Below are positions 41,268 to 53,718 of a stretch of 64,000 nt of DNA, one piece after another (position 1 is the first letter of the stretch; every line of letters starts with the position of its first letter). The translations under genes and the position numbers were made by a program. The stretch lies in contig OZ024755.1 in assembly GCA_964016885.1 (NCBI GenBank), positions 30,628,001-30,692,000 of the forward strand, in the 5' to 3' direction. The notes below the pieces were generated by a model. That model made no database searches and was not told the origin of the DNA. It worked only from the letters and a program-made list of their open reading frames with translations. Source of the DNA: Eledone cirrhosa (lineage: Eukaryota).

Positions 41268-42672
41268 TCACCTTGATCACCTTGACCGACCAGTCTGTCG
41301 GGCGTCCATTCGGCGCCGCTGGTCACAGCACGCCGTCCATTACTCTCTGGATCGTGCTTTCCTCATCCATGTAGTCCCAATCGTATTCTTAAAATCGTAA
41401 CTCCACCCTCGTGGAGGCCTTCTGAGTGGTCGTTTCCGCTCGCGCGGGTACCACTCGGCAACTGCACGGGTCCACACATTATCGGTGAACCGGGCGACGT
41501 GTCCAGCCCATCTGAACTTGCTGCGCATATATTCCGTGATGACGTACCTCACGCCGGACTTCTGTCTGATGACTTAGCCCCTGATGTGCTCTCTCAACGA
41601 GAATCCTAGCATTGATCTCTCCATGACTCTTTGAGCCGTTACCAGCCTCTGCTCTTCTCTTCTCTCTTCGTTGTAGCCCAAGTTTCACTGCCATATAACA
41701 TTGCAGGTAAAACTGTGCTATTGAAGAGGTTGGCGCGGGTGGTCTTGTCCAACCTCCCCTTGAGCACATCCCTTATGCCGTTGAACGCCTTCCATCCGGC
41801 CCTTATTCTCCACGAGATCTCCCTCTCAATGTCTCGGCGCATGTTCACTTCTTGTCCCAGGTAGACGTATTCCTCCGCCTCCTCTATTTCATCACCGCCA
41901 ACCACCATTCGACCTGTTGGTACGTTGTCGGACCGCATGAACTTCGTTTTCATGCGGTTCATCTTGAGGCCTACTGCAGAGCTTTTGATGTCGAGCTCCG
42001 TCAGCATGGTCTGAAGCTGATCCGTGGTTTCAGCCAAGGATGGGTGGCACATTTTCTTCCTGTTGTAGTGACGGCAACGGCTGCACATTCCCGGCAGACT
42101 TGAAGAGCTTGGTGTAGAAGTCTTCGCAAACCTTTTCCACCTCACTCTGGTCGCTGACTGGTACTCCAGCTGTGTTTTTCAGGGTCGTCACCTCCCATCT
42201 GTACATTGTCATGTCCCTCTCGCATTTCTTGAGGCTCTTCTTTTCCTTTACGACCTTCAGGAGCTTCTCCATCCGGTATGCCTCGAAGTCTCTCTTCAGT
42301 TGTTGACGTATCACTCTGCTGAGAAGGGAATATTCGAGGTGATCTTCAGGTGTCCTCTTCATATTCTTCCTCTTCTCAAGCAACTTCATAGTTTCCTCCG
42401 AGACTCTTCCCTTCCGCTCCCTCAGGCACACACCCTTAACCTTCCTCAAGCACTCCTTCAGTTTCCTTATCTGTAAGTCGTAGTCAGCGTCTATGCCGTC
42501 TCCTTGACGCCACTTTTCCTGCATAATGGCTTCCTGCAGCTGCGCCTCGTTGAAGACCCGGACGCGTTCTTCCTTCGACGCCAAATGCAGCACCTTCTCC
42601 CTCGTCTGGTCGATGACGATCCTCGCCCTCACCAGACGATGATCACTGCCAGTGTTGAATGGCGCTATGACG
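41268..42672 (-). mobile_element. RTE-clade LINE, 5'-truncated, frameshifted, with RT core deleted
   Basis: FNTGSDHRLVRARI, GLKMNRMKTK, YVYLGQ, LPAMLYGSETW, WAGHVAR, RRPPRGW; 3' repeats gatcaaggt. Confidence 0.88.
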
Positions 42673-42894
42673 TATATATACACTTTTACCCTTTTACCTG
42701 TTCCAGCCGTCTGGCTGAGGCCATAGTTCACGGGACTAGCATAAGGTTTCCCTCCTAGTCTCAGCGTACTCAGAGTAGACACAAAGTTAATTGCCTCAAT
42801 ACAACACACGTAAATGGGTACCATAAATCTATATCCGTACTCGAGTTTCGGCCACACTTAATGCAGCAAGAAAACGTACAGCATCTATTGTCGT

Positions 42895-43072
42895 GGCAGT
42901 ATCGGAAGCGGGTCGGATGCCATGATTTCCAGCATAGTTACGTCCCTTTATAATCTGAGTTCAAATCCCGCCGAGGTTAACTTTATTTTATCGACTCCGT
43001 AAGGATGAAAGACAAAGTACCAGTAATGCACTGGGGTAATTTCTGGCCTTGTGCCAAAAGTAGAAACAATTA
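42895..43072 (+). mobile_element. SINE family A with inverted core (second instance)
   Basis: ctttattttatcgactccgtaaggatgaaagacaaag between normal flanks. Confidence 0.9.
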
Positions 43073-44774
43073 TGTATGTATGGAACTAACTGTTGAAGCG
43101 AAAAGAGCTCAACCATGGGACACCGGCTCTTTTACTTTGCGCAGAGGCGGTACCATGGCCAATGAAGTATATCCGAGACGTGGTTATTGCTAGTTGAAAA
43201 CTATTCTAAGTATTGAGTACTCTGTTGAATAATGGTCTAACTAATTTAATACTAGTTTGATGCTTATATATATGGGTGTGTGTGTGTTTATCGATAACTA
43301 TATGATGAAGTAAATAAATAAACAAATGAGGTAAACCTAATAATGGACATGTAACAACAAAGTAAAGTAACATACAATCTTCCATGTCAAATCCTAAAGG
43401 TTGTACTTGAGAGAAGAAAAGATAATTTAAAAATCACTTTAAACATGACCAATGCTACAAAAATGACTATCAAAATACGTCAGCACAATGATGGCATGAC
43501 ACCATATTATTTTCTTAGTAATCTTCAAATGTGTATTATTGTACTAAGATAAGTTTATATATAAAAGTCGATGAAAGCGAAACAAAGGATGTATTATATA
43601 TTAAAGTTTTAACTAGATTGAAAGCCTTTGAACGCAATATTGTATTGGTCTGCCTCTATGTTCTGCGTTTATATAACATCGAGGTTAACTTTGCTTTCGT
43701 GCTTTTATCAAAAAAAAAAAAAGAACTTTCACCAAATAAGAACATGGTTCCACTTAATCGACATCAAATAAGCTTTTTCGACAATATAAACGCCAAGCAG
43801 TATTGTTTCTTTCCCTTCTCTTGAACATTGGTGACGTAGAAAAGGGAGAACAGCTGCAAGACAAACTACTGGTCTTCCCTGATATATTTGTCCTCACCGG
43901 CACCCACATTGGTGGCAGATCAAGGATCTCTCGAAAGATTACTATAATGATAATGTACGAAATTAATTAAATTTGCTTTTATCATATTTTTGCATTGTTT
44001 AATCAGGGTGATAAGTCTGAGCCAATGACCTTCTCAGGATGTCTGGGGTTGTTGTTCATCTTCAAGTTGATGACTGTATGGACGAAAAGATGAAAAGATG
44101 AAAGGCAAAATTGACCTCGGTTATATTTGAATTCAGAGCGCAGTGAACTGAAATAAATAGCGAGGAATTTCTAATTCAGCACCGGAAAATTCTGCTATTT
44201 TTCCGCCATCCCTCTCCACAGTCAAACACCAAAACAAGAATGATAATAGAACTAACCTTAGACAGAGAAAAAATAATAGCCGTTTGCATAACAAGGCATT
44301 TATTGAAATATATTTTGACTCCATAACAACGTGTTAACTAAAATTAAATACCACTCACGTATAAGATTTTAATTCGGATAGATAATTGTCTTTATAAAGG
44401 TTAAATTAACCCAGTAACGATAGCGGTTCCTTTGATCAATTCCAATCTTTCTGTAATCTGTTAAGTCGCTGTTACGATACTAATGCGTAATGTGCCAGGC
44501 ACATCAAGATATGGCTGAAATAAATAGTACCAAATTTGTGTGCAAGTATAAATATACATATGTGTGTGTGTGTGTGTGTGTGAAAAGAGTCAAGACCCCG
44601 ACGGCTGTGGTCCGTCATATATATATATATATTGTTGTAATAATATTGCCAGAAATAATAACAGAACACACTCATTGTTTGGTTGGTTTTCGCTTCTGTA
44701 ACTTTTATATCTCCACAGATAATTTATTTGGCAATCAACGTTTATCATTGACTGACCAGCGGTTGAAAATACTG

Positions 44775-44807
<33 letters not shown>

Positions 44808-44812
<5 letters not shown>

Positions 44813-45970
44813 TGCTCAGTTGGGTTACAAAGGTTTTATAAGTCTCAGGATTGGTATTCAGAACCGCCCAGTTGTAAGGAGTAGCATTGGCAGATTTCTT
44901 TTTATCCACTCGGAGACCTAATCGTATCTTGGCCGAGACAATGCGATGATCCGAGTCAACACTAACAAATGAGTCATATGCTCTGCAGTTTTTTGCACTG
45001 TTCTTCCATTTTCGATTGATTATGATATCGTCCAGTTGTGTCTTGTCGCCATTTGGAGATTTGTGTGTCCACCGCTGGCCTGGTCTTTTTTGGAATATGG
45101 CGTTGAGACATCGTAAATTGTTCTCACACAAGTAATCTTTTAGCATACAACCGTTTCTATTGGTTTGTGAGTGTTATGAGAATTTGAATCCATCAAGCTG
45201 TCCAAGACGCGCGTTGAAGTCTCCGCCAATGATGAGAACATTATGTTTCGGGATTTGTCTAGTGAGTGATGTTAGTTCCATGTAAAACCTCTCTGCTTCG
45301 GCCATGTCACATACATTTGTGGGACTATAGCCAGAGATTACAGTTGTTTTAGGATTCCCGTTAAACGTAGCTATCATTATCCTGGATGTTATCATTTCAA
45401 CACTCGCAAGTGAATCATAGGCTTGCAGGCTGAAAAGCATTCCAACTCCACCATTTGCTGCATTCGTGTTGTTTTTCCAAGCTGAGCAGGCTATCAGCCT
45501 CCAATTGCCAAATATTTGCTCCTTTGTTACAAGATCTTCATGTATGAACCGGTGCTCCTGAAGACAGATAACATCATGGTTGGTCACCCCTGCTGAAGCA
45601 ATCAGTTCAGTGATTTTATGGTCTTCCTGAATGTTTGAACATTGAGTGTACCAGCAAAGATGTCTTTCTTTCCGTGTACAAGTCGGGTTGGTTGTTTTCT
45701 CCGTGTATGTTTCCCAGTATCTGATTTTTCGACTGCAATCTGGGAATCCGTTGCAGGACGCGCACCTTGTTTAACCGCGCGACGAGCGCTGCGGGATAAA
45801 CATCAAAGAATTTGTGTCATATTTAGCTTTCAATAGCTGGATATAACTTGCGGTCGCTACTCCATACAAGTGAAAGCAGTACTCTGTATTAGAGCAGTTG
45901 TGCCTCACCGAAACATCCAACAATAGTTGATATGATTGCCTTGCCACTAGTAGTATGAACCAAATTCACA
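44808..45970 (-). mobile_element. RTE/RTE-X-like LINE 5' part (endonuclease pseudogene), 3'-truncated at (TA)n
   Basis: ICLQEH, GGVG, YSPT, GDFNA, QLDDII, SDHRIV motifs over two frames. Confidence 0.85.
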
Positions 45971-46833
45971 GTTACTTGATCATTGCCTTATCTACTGATA
46001 CGACATCCTGCTTACCAATGTCGTCGTTTAACCCAGTCAGGATTGGTTTGACAGATTGCCTATCAAGGCCAAAGAGCTCTGTCCGCCCCGGCTTTGAAAT
46101 CAGAGCGTAAGGATGAAAGGCAAAGTTAACCTCAGCGAGATTTGAACTCAGACCGTAAAGGGGCGTAACTATGCTAGAAAGCATGGCATCCAACCCTCTA
46201 CCGATACTGCCAATTCACCACCCGAAAATTTGTAAAATAATAAAACCAGAACACACACACACACACACACACACACGCGCGCGTACATACATACATACAT
46301 ACATACATACATACATACATAATTCATAGTCTACAAATGGCTGCGATAGCTGGCACCTTCAAAATTTGCAAAACATTCTTGCGATTCAAGGTATGACAAT
46401 TTCTTTTCTTTTACAACCTTGCCACCAGGAAGGTGGCCGGTCAAAAAAATATACTCAAAATTAAGAGAAAGAGAAAACATACATACATACATACATACAT
46501 ACATACATACATACATACATACATACATACATACATACATACATACATACATACATTACACACATATACATACATACATACATACGGAATTTTAAATATC
46601 TGTTAACAGGCCTCAGATCATAAAATCGAATGTGTGCATTTGATACGAATACGAAGCTTCTTGAATCATTGCTCTTCGATTCTAGTTGCCGATTATTCAA
46701 ACGATTGAATAGAGAAGCAGTGTGAAATACACACACACATATATATATATATATTTATATTGAAAAGATAACAAGGACGATTGGTTACTCCTTCACCCAG
46801 GTGAACCTACAGTAACTCCAAGTTACACTCCCC

Positions 46834-46874
<41 letters not shown>

Positions 46875-47109
46875 AGAAACAATGCACAGGGATAACTCAA
46901 AATCTCATTATTCATCAAGATTTGAGTGACATACATTTATTCACAATATAAGCGGCTATTTAAATGTAAAATCGCATTTTTGTTTTACTTCTGTATCTGA
47001 TGCGTGGATCGCACGAAAACAGGGGAGATGACTATAGCTTCTGAAGCTTTAGATTTTTATCTATTTTTTCTGTTTATGTTTTCATTATATGAACTTCTCC
47101 CGGTGATAT

Positions 47110-47510
47110 AGCAAACTTAGTATAGGTGAAATTTGTTTAGTTGTCAGTTGGAAATTCATCAATAGATATTGATGGATGTGTCTGCACGAAGTTTTGAATT
47201 CCGATCTTTTGTTCAAAATTGCTAAAGGCTTTAACGGTATGTTGTGGATAATAGAACCATTAATGTATTGTATAATGGATGAATATATTTTATAATTTTA
47301 ATATACATCCTTCAAACTCCAGATATATCATACACAATTTGAAAGGTTGGCGTGAATTGTTACAGCGTAATTAAACCTCAAAACATATGAGCGTTTGTCC
47401 GCGTGTCTATATACTTATAACGCGTGATGAATTAATACTTAAGCTATCACTTAACAGAAATATATAGGAGCCCATCCTGAATATATATTTACATACACAC
47501 TCCAACCTAA
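47110..47510 (-). pseudogene. Degenerate Penelope-like GIY-YIG endonuclease C-terminal fragment
   Basis: Manual translation gives NLSNCV*YIWSLKD and ILNKRSEFKTSCRH, resembling PLE motifs LSxxIWxLK and LNKRSExxxxCRH (recalled). Confidence 0.6.
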
Positions 47511-47527
47511 GCATGTATACATACGTA

Positions 47528-47570
<43 letters not shown>

Positions 47571-47572
<2 letters not shown>

Positions 47573-47686
47573 ACGAGTAGGACCCTACGGGGTTCTACTC
47601 GTCCCTATTACCCACTCTACTACCCTAAGTATTGAGTACTTTGGTGCGTTATGGTCCACCTGGTTCCTTACCACATTTCTTCCGTT
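47571..47686 (+). mobile_element. Mini fold-back (34-bp hairpin) with the same tail as 21615-21840
   Basis: ggacgagtagga...ttctactcgtcc hairpin, then near-identical tail; TA tracts on both sides. Confidence 0.85.
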
Positions 47687-47734
47687 ATATATATATATAT
47701 ATATATATATATACTTTGTTTACAAGGAATATAT

Positions 47735-48050
47735 ACTAGACCACTCGCAACCCGTCGGTACACGTGCACTTAAAATTGCTGTATTCGATTCTTTGAAGTC
47801 ACGTGTTATAATTTCATTCAACAACACCACCAGCTCTCTCCCTCTTCCATTTTCCTTCGCTCTATTTATGAAGGTATCCGGAAAAAACCCGTATCTCGGG
47901 AACCCGTGCTCCGATTTACGCGAAACTTGTTTTATTCCATTTGTATTCCCATTTCAGGAGCAACTTCTTTTCAACGTATTTTCCTCATTATGCTCCGTTT
48001 TGACTGTATTAAGTTACAGACAAGCACACAACCACAGAGTTTAAGTAGTA
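47735..48050 (+). mobile_element. Helitron/HINE-like dispersed repeat
   Basis: actag start; homologous to 6050-6376. Confidence 0.6.
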
Positions 48051-49989
48051 CATAAATATCTGTATATACGAATACATGTTTTGCAGTATGTTTACTGTGC
48101 ATTATGCCTGAACAGTATATATCTTTCTAATCAATGCAACACTGTTAAGAGCGACAGTAAAATACGGCCATCATTGTATGATCTAACAGTTAATTGCTTT
48201 TTTCAATCTTTTACATTAACTCTCTGATGCGCGAATCCAAGACTATAATCGTTTAATTGTCTGAATTGTAATGGACACAGATAATATATAATTATACGTA
48301 TCATTTATATCTAAATTACATACATTGCATGTAAACCAACGAGATGGTTAAATCATACAACGTTCCTTGTCTTATTTGTTTGCATAAAAACATTGGAAAT
48401 ATTGTTTTATTTTGTACATTCTGTCAGCGAAACTGCTCTTTCATAATACCTTATTAAAATGTTGTGTAGCGCTATTAAATGTTTCATCTAAAGAAATGAA
48501 AGACATGCCTTTACTAATGTGAGCTGTTGTGTGTGGTTTAAAGTATAGTTGGTATATGTTAATTTTTCTTGTGATTTCTATTAATATCCGAGAGACTAAG
48601 GAGATAACTATGTTGAGTTGGTATCAACCGTAATCCTTAATTCTTTGCATATATCAATAAAGCCCTTTCTAACTTTTCTAAATATATCTAAATCGTGAAA
48701 TTATTAAAGGCTTTTTCTGATTCTATCTAAATCGAGACACTCTTAAACCACCATAGCTACAACAGACGGATATCTGATATAGGAATCGAAAATAAAGTGT
48801 TTGGAAAGAAAAACTTTCCAGCCACGTCATGAAATATTTGTTTTCCTCGATCAATATAGAGCTGGTATTACACAACAACAACGGCAACAACAACAACACC
48901 AACGATGATAACAAGAACAACAAAAACAAGAACAACGGAATGGCATATTGTATATTTTAATCTGAGATAAATTATGCCTGACAAAAGACGGAATAGTCAC
49001 AGCTGGACGGTCTTTTGTTCATCTTTTACCCGATCAAGCCCTGACTATAGATATATAATTACTCCAACAACAGTAACTGCCACAATAGCGACAATGTATG
49101 TGATTTCAAAACATAAATGCATAACAAAGTGTTGTAGTTTGCTTGAAGGATTGTGGAATAAGAAATTCAAATTTAACTAGGAAATAAATTTAAATATTTG
49201 GAAGCCCGACAATACGTGTGAGATCATAAGTGCCAAGGTCATAGAAATTAGAGAAAATAGGACAAAACGACTGAGAAAAGAGTGAGAATGGTAGAATTTA
49301 CCGTAGCAATTTTATTGATCCCAAATACTTTCGGATTTACTATCCATTATCAATGGAATCCGTGGGGAAAGGCTTAGAGAGCGATCTGAGAAGAGTTGTT
49401 GAGGGCTGGTAGATTTAATTTGAATGGATGGAAAAGGAAACGAATATCTTTCTTTTCCTTTTTTAAGAAACCACTAATTAGCGATATTTCTCAATGCCTT
49501 ACACCCTCAAATTAACAGAGTTTTGTTTAACCTAATTACGTCCTTTTAATTATAGTTTAATTATATAAAAATACTTCTTTATTGTTTATTTGCATATTTA
49601 TTACTCTACTGGTTTATAAATAGTTCTAGAGTCTTCTTTTTCTTATATTTTCGTTTATTTTCTTTCTTATTATCTTATCTCTCTTTGTTTTAAATTACTT
49701 TGAATACATTTGAAAACAATTATATACAGTTGACAGCGTTGAAACAAAGTCGTAAATAAATTTATGTTTGTACTTTGTTTTCTATGTTTTGTATAATATT
49801 TTTTTTTTTTTTTTTTTTTTTTGTATTTGCAATAATCTGCCCGACATAATTAACTCGTGACACTTGTTTCTATATATCTCCTGCAATAGTTACATTTATT
49901 TGCATAGAATTTCAAGATTTCCTACAACAAATGTCTGGATCAAACTTATAGCTAACATTGGAAAGGCATCATCATTATCCTCATCATCG

Positions 49990-50352
49990 TAGTGGTGGTG
50001 GTGGTAATGATGGTGGTAGCGATGGTGGTGGTGATGGTGGTGGTGGTGGTGGTGGTGGTGATGGTGGTGATGGTGGTGGTGGTGGTGGTGATGATGGTAG
50101 TGGTTGTGGTGGTGGTGATGGTAGTGGTTGTGGTGGTGGTGATGGTGATGATGATGATGGTAGTTGTGGTGGTGGTGATGGTGGTGATGATGATGATGAT
50201 GGTGGGGTGATGATGATGGTAGTGGTGATGGTGGTGGTGGTGATCATGATGATGGTGGTAATCATGATGGTGGTAGTGATCATGATGGTGGTGATGGTAA
50301 CGATGGTGACGACGATGGTGATGGTGATGATGATGATGGTGATGATGATGAT
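49990..50352. repeat. (GGT)/(GAT)n trinucleotide array
   Basis: Direct reading. Confidence 0.95.
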
Positions 50353-50554
50353 TCCGTGATGTATTTCTCCTAGAACAAGAATTAATCAATCAATGTTTAT
50401 CGAAAATATTTTTTTTAAAAGCTAAGCAAATTCGTATAATAATTGTTACATTTTAATATATCACAGACGCACACATATTTATATATACACAAATATGCAT
50501 GCATGCACACGTGCGCAGCAAGCACTGCGTTGAGCCGGTGTTTGTCCGGGTTTC

Positions 50555-51131
50555 ATGGCGTGAAGCGACTGAGAGTTCAAGACCCGGCCCCCACTGGACA
50601 GGACACCATCAGTGTCAAGACAGGCCCTCGCAGTGCTAAAGTCTGTCTTAAGCCATTTAAGGCTCATTAGGTCGGTACTTATCCCAGTTATATGGCGTGA
50701 AGCGACTGAGAGTTCAAGACCTGGCCCCCACTGGACAGGACACCATCAGTGTCAAGACAGGCCCTCGCAGTGCTAAAGTCTGTCCTAAGCCATTTAAGGC
50801 TCATTAGGTCGGTACTTATCCCAGTTATATGGCGTGAAGCGACTGAGAGTTCAAGACCCGGCCCCCACTGGACAGGACACCATCAGTGTCAAGACAGGCC
50901 CTCGCAGTGTTCAAGTCTGTCTTAAGACATTTAAGGCTCATTAGGTCGGTACTTATCCCGGTTATATGGCGTGAAGCGACTGAGAGTTCAAGACCCGACC
51001 CCCACTGGACAGGACACCATCAGTGTCAAGACAGGCCCTCGCAGTGTTCAAGTCTGTCTTAAGCCATTTAAGGCTCGTTAGCTCGGTACTTATCCCGGTT
51101 ATATGGCGTGAAACGACTGAGAGTTCAAGAC
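50555..51131. repeat. 137-bp tandem repeat x4.2 attached to a SINE family B copy
   Basis: atggcgtga recurs at 50555, 50692, 50829, 50966, 51103. Confidence 0.95.
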
Positions 51132-51325
51132 TCTCCCCTAGATATGACGTCAGTCCATCTCAGGGTTAAACCCCAAGATATTGCTGGTACTCATTTTCAG
51201 CTAAAAGTACTGCAGCAACGTGAAATGAGGTTTTTTTGCTCAAGAACACAACACGCAACCCAGCCCAGGAATCAAATCCACGATATTACGATCGTACGAC
51301 CGACACCCTTACCACTAGGCCACGG
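51105..51325 (-). mobile_element. SINE family B-related copy
   Basis: gcaacgtgaaatgagg...gctcaagaacacaac...gggaatcaaatccacg...accactaggccacg. Confidence 0.75.
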
Positions 51326-51332
51326 AACATAA

Positions 51333-51990
51333 ATATACACACAATTTATATGTGTGTGTCTGGAGCGGGGGAATTAAAAGGAGACGACAATGCAAACAAC
51401 ACAGTACAATGGGGAGAAATATATTAGCTCAACGCTTGATAAGGTAGGAAAAGAGATTTAACGTTTCGGACACTAGTCCTTCATCAGGAGATAGAATAGG
51501 AAGAAATAGAAGGATAAAGAGTGTCAAGAGGAAGGAACATGTATATATATGTATAGATGTACATACATAGATACCATGTATATATCTATATACACATAAA
51601 TACGTATATGTATATATACATATATATAGATATACGTATTTATATATATATATATATGCACTTATATGTGTATATAAATACGTATATGTATATATCTATA
51701 TATATATATATATATATACACATATAAATGCGTATATATATATATATATATGGCATCTATGTATGTACATGTATACATATATATACATGTTCCTTCCACT
51801 CTTTATCCTTCTATTTCTTCCTATTCTATCTCCTGATAAAGGACTAGTGTCCGAAACGTTAAATCTCTTTTCCTACCTTATCAATCGTTGAGCTAATATA
51901 TTTCTCCCCATTGTACTGTGTTGTTTACATTGTTGTTTCCTTTCAATTCCCCCGCTCCAGACACACATATATAAATTGTGTGTGTATATA
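51333..51990. mobile_element. Large fold-back, ~240-bp arms around an AT microsatellite loop, with hammerhead-like core
   Basis: Arms 51333-51577 / 51750-51990; CTGATGA-a-ggac-tagt-gtcc-GAAA-cgtt on minus at 51460-51487, mutated to CTGATAA at 51833. Confidence 0.85.
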
Positions 51991-52098
51991 TACGCATTTA
52001 TATGTATATATATACATATAGTATGCTAGGGAAAGGATCAGGGGTGTATAACACTCCACTTATCCAGCAGGCAGTATATACGTATTTATATATACATA

Positions 52099-52156
<58 letters not shown>

Positions 52157-52176
52157 AATATGTGTGTATATATATA

Positions 52177-52228
<52 letters not shown>

Positions 52229-52492
52229 GTATTTATATATACATGTATCTTTATATATATATATACGTATTTATGTATACACATGTATGTGTGTGTGTAT
52301 ATATATATATACATATTTATATATACATGTGTGTGTGTATATATATATATACATATTTATATATACATATATGTGTATATATATATATTCATATATATAT
52401 ATACATATATGTACAGTATATATATGCGTATTTATATATACATATATGTATATTAGAATTGGAGCTCTGAAATAGCAATATATATATGGATG

Positions 52493-52656
52493 TATATATA
52501 ATGTATTTTGCAATACACTTTATGCTTAATTAAAAGCATTTTGAAGACCGTATGCTATTGTTTTAGAGTAGTGACAAATTTGTCACTACTCTAAAACAAT
52601 AGCATACGATCTTCAAAATGCTTTTAATTAAGCATAAAGTGTATTGCAAAATACAT

Positions 52657-52664
<8 letters not shown>
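52493..52664. repeat. Loopless 172-bp palindrome between TA tracts
   Basis: Axis 52578/52579 (gacaaatttgtc); one visible mismatch. Confidence 0.93.
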
Positions 52665-52700
<36 letters not shown>

Positions 52701-52879
52701 TACGTATAAATAGCCAGTCAGAGTATAGCTTAAAGTAGCCAGTCAGAGTTAAAGCTTTCTCTGTTAATGTATTGTATATATAAATATATATATTCGTATT
52801 TATACATATACGTATTTATATGTATATATATATATAAATATATATATTCGTATTTATACATATACGTATTTATATATAT

Positions 52880-53493
52880 TTCGTTTCTGAATTTGTTTAG
52901 CAAGATTCTTTATCTGAAATCGTGTGTTGAAACCGATATTGTTATACTTTGGGAGGGTCATGTTGCCAATAAGAAACACACGCACCAGTTGCTTTCACTT
53001 CAATTTATTATATATCTATAAATTTATAAATTTACAAATTTACAAACTTATAAATTTCTGGTTGGTTGGTTGGTTCCACAACCAGATAGTTGTTTATATA
53101 TATAGTCATAGTCCTTTCGTCACACACTGTGACCTCTTCAGTGACTGGGGATTCCTTTCCTCGTTTCTGTGCCTTTCCTTTCTTCTATCTTACGCCATTT
53201 TGTTTCTGTGTGTGTCACACACAGAAACAAAATGGCGTAAGATAGAAGAAAGGAAAGGCACAGAAACGAGGAAAGGAATCCCCAGTCACTGAAGAGGTCA
53301 CAGAGTGTGTGACGAAAGGACTATGACTATATATATAAACAACTATCTGGTTGTGGAACCAACCAACCAACCAGAAATTTATAAGTTTGTAAATTTGTAA
53401 ATTTATAAATTTATAGATATATAATAAATTGAAGTGAAAGCAACTGGTGCGTGTGTTTCTTATTGGCAACATGACCCTCCCAAAGTATAACAA

Positions 53494-53496
<3 letters not shown>
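52880..53496 (-). mobile_element. Hammerhead-bearing 561-bp palindrome (52936-53496) plus 56-bp tail
   Basis: Axis at 53215; tail 52880-52935 matches the reverse complement of 20191-20260; TA tracts on both sides. Confidence 0.9.
53284..53328 (+). ncRNA. Minimal type I hammerhead-like ribozyme (mirror copy at 53104-53146 minus)
   Basis: agtca-CTGAAGA-g-gtcaca-gagtg-tgtgac-GAAA-ggac-TA-tgact; perfect stems I and II, one extra nucleotide after the core. Confidence 0.72.
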
Positions 53497-53577
<81 letters not shown>

Positions 53578-53718
53578 TATAAATATATATATTCGTATTT
53601 ATACATATACGTATTTATATATACATATATGTATATATATATATATATATATATACGTATTTATAAATACATATATGTGTGTGTGTATATATGTATGTAT
53701 ATATATATATATATACAC

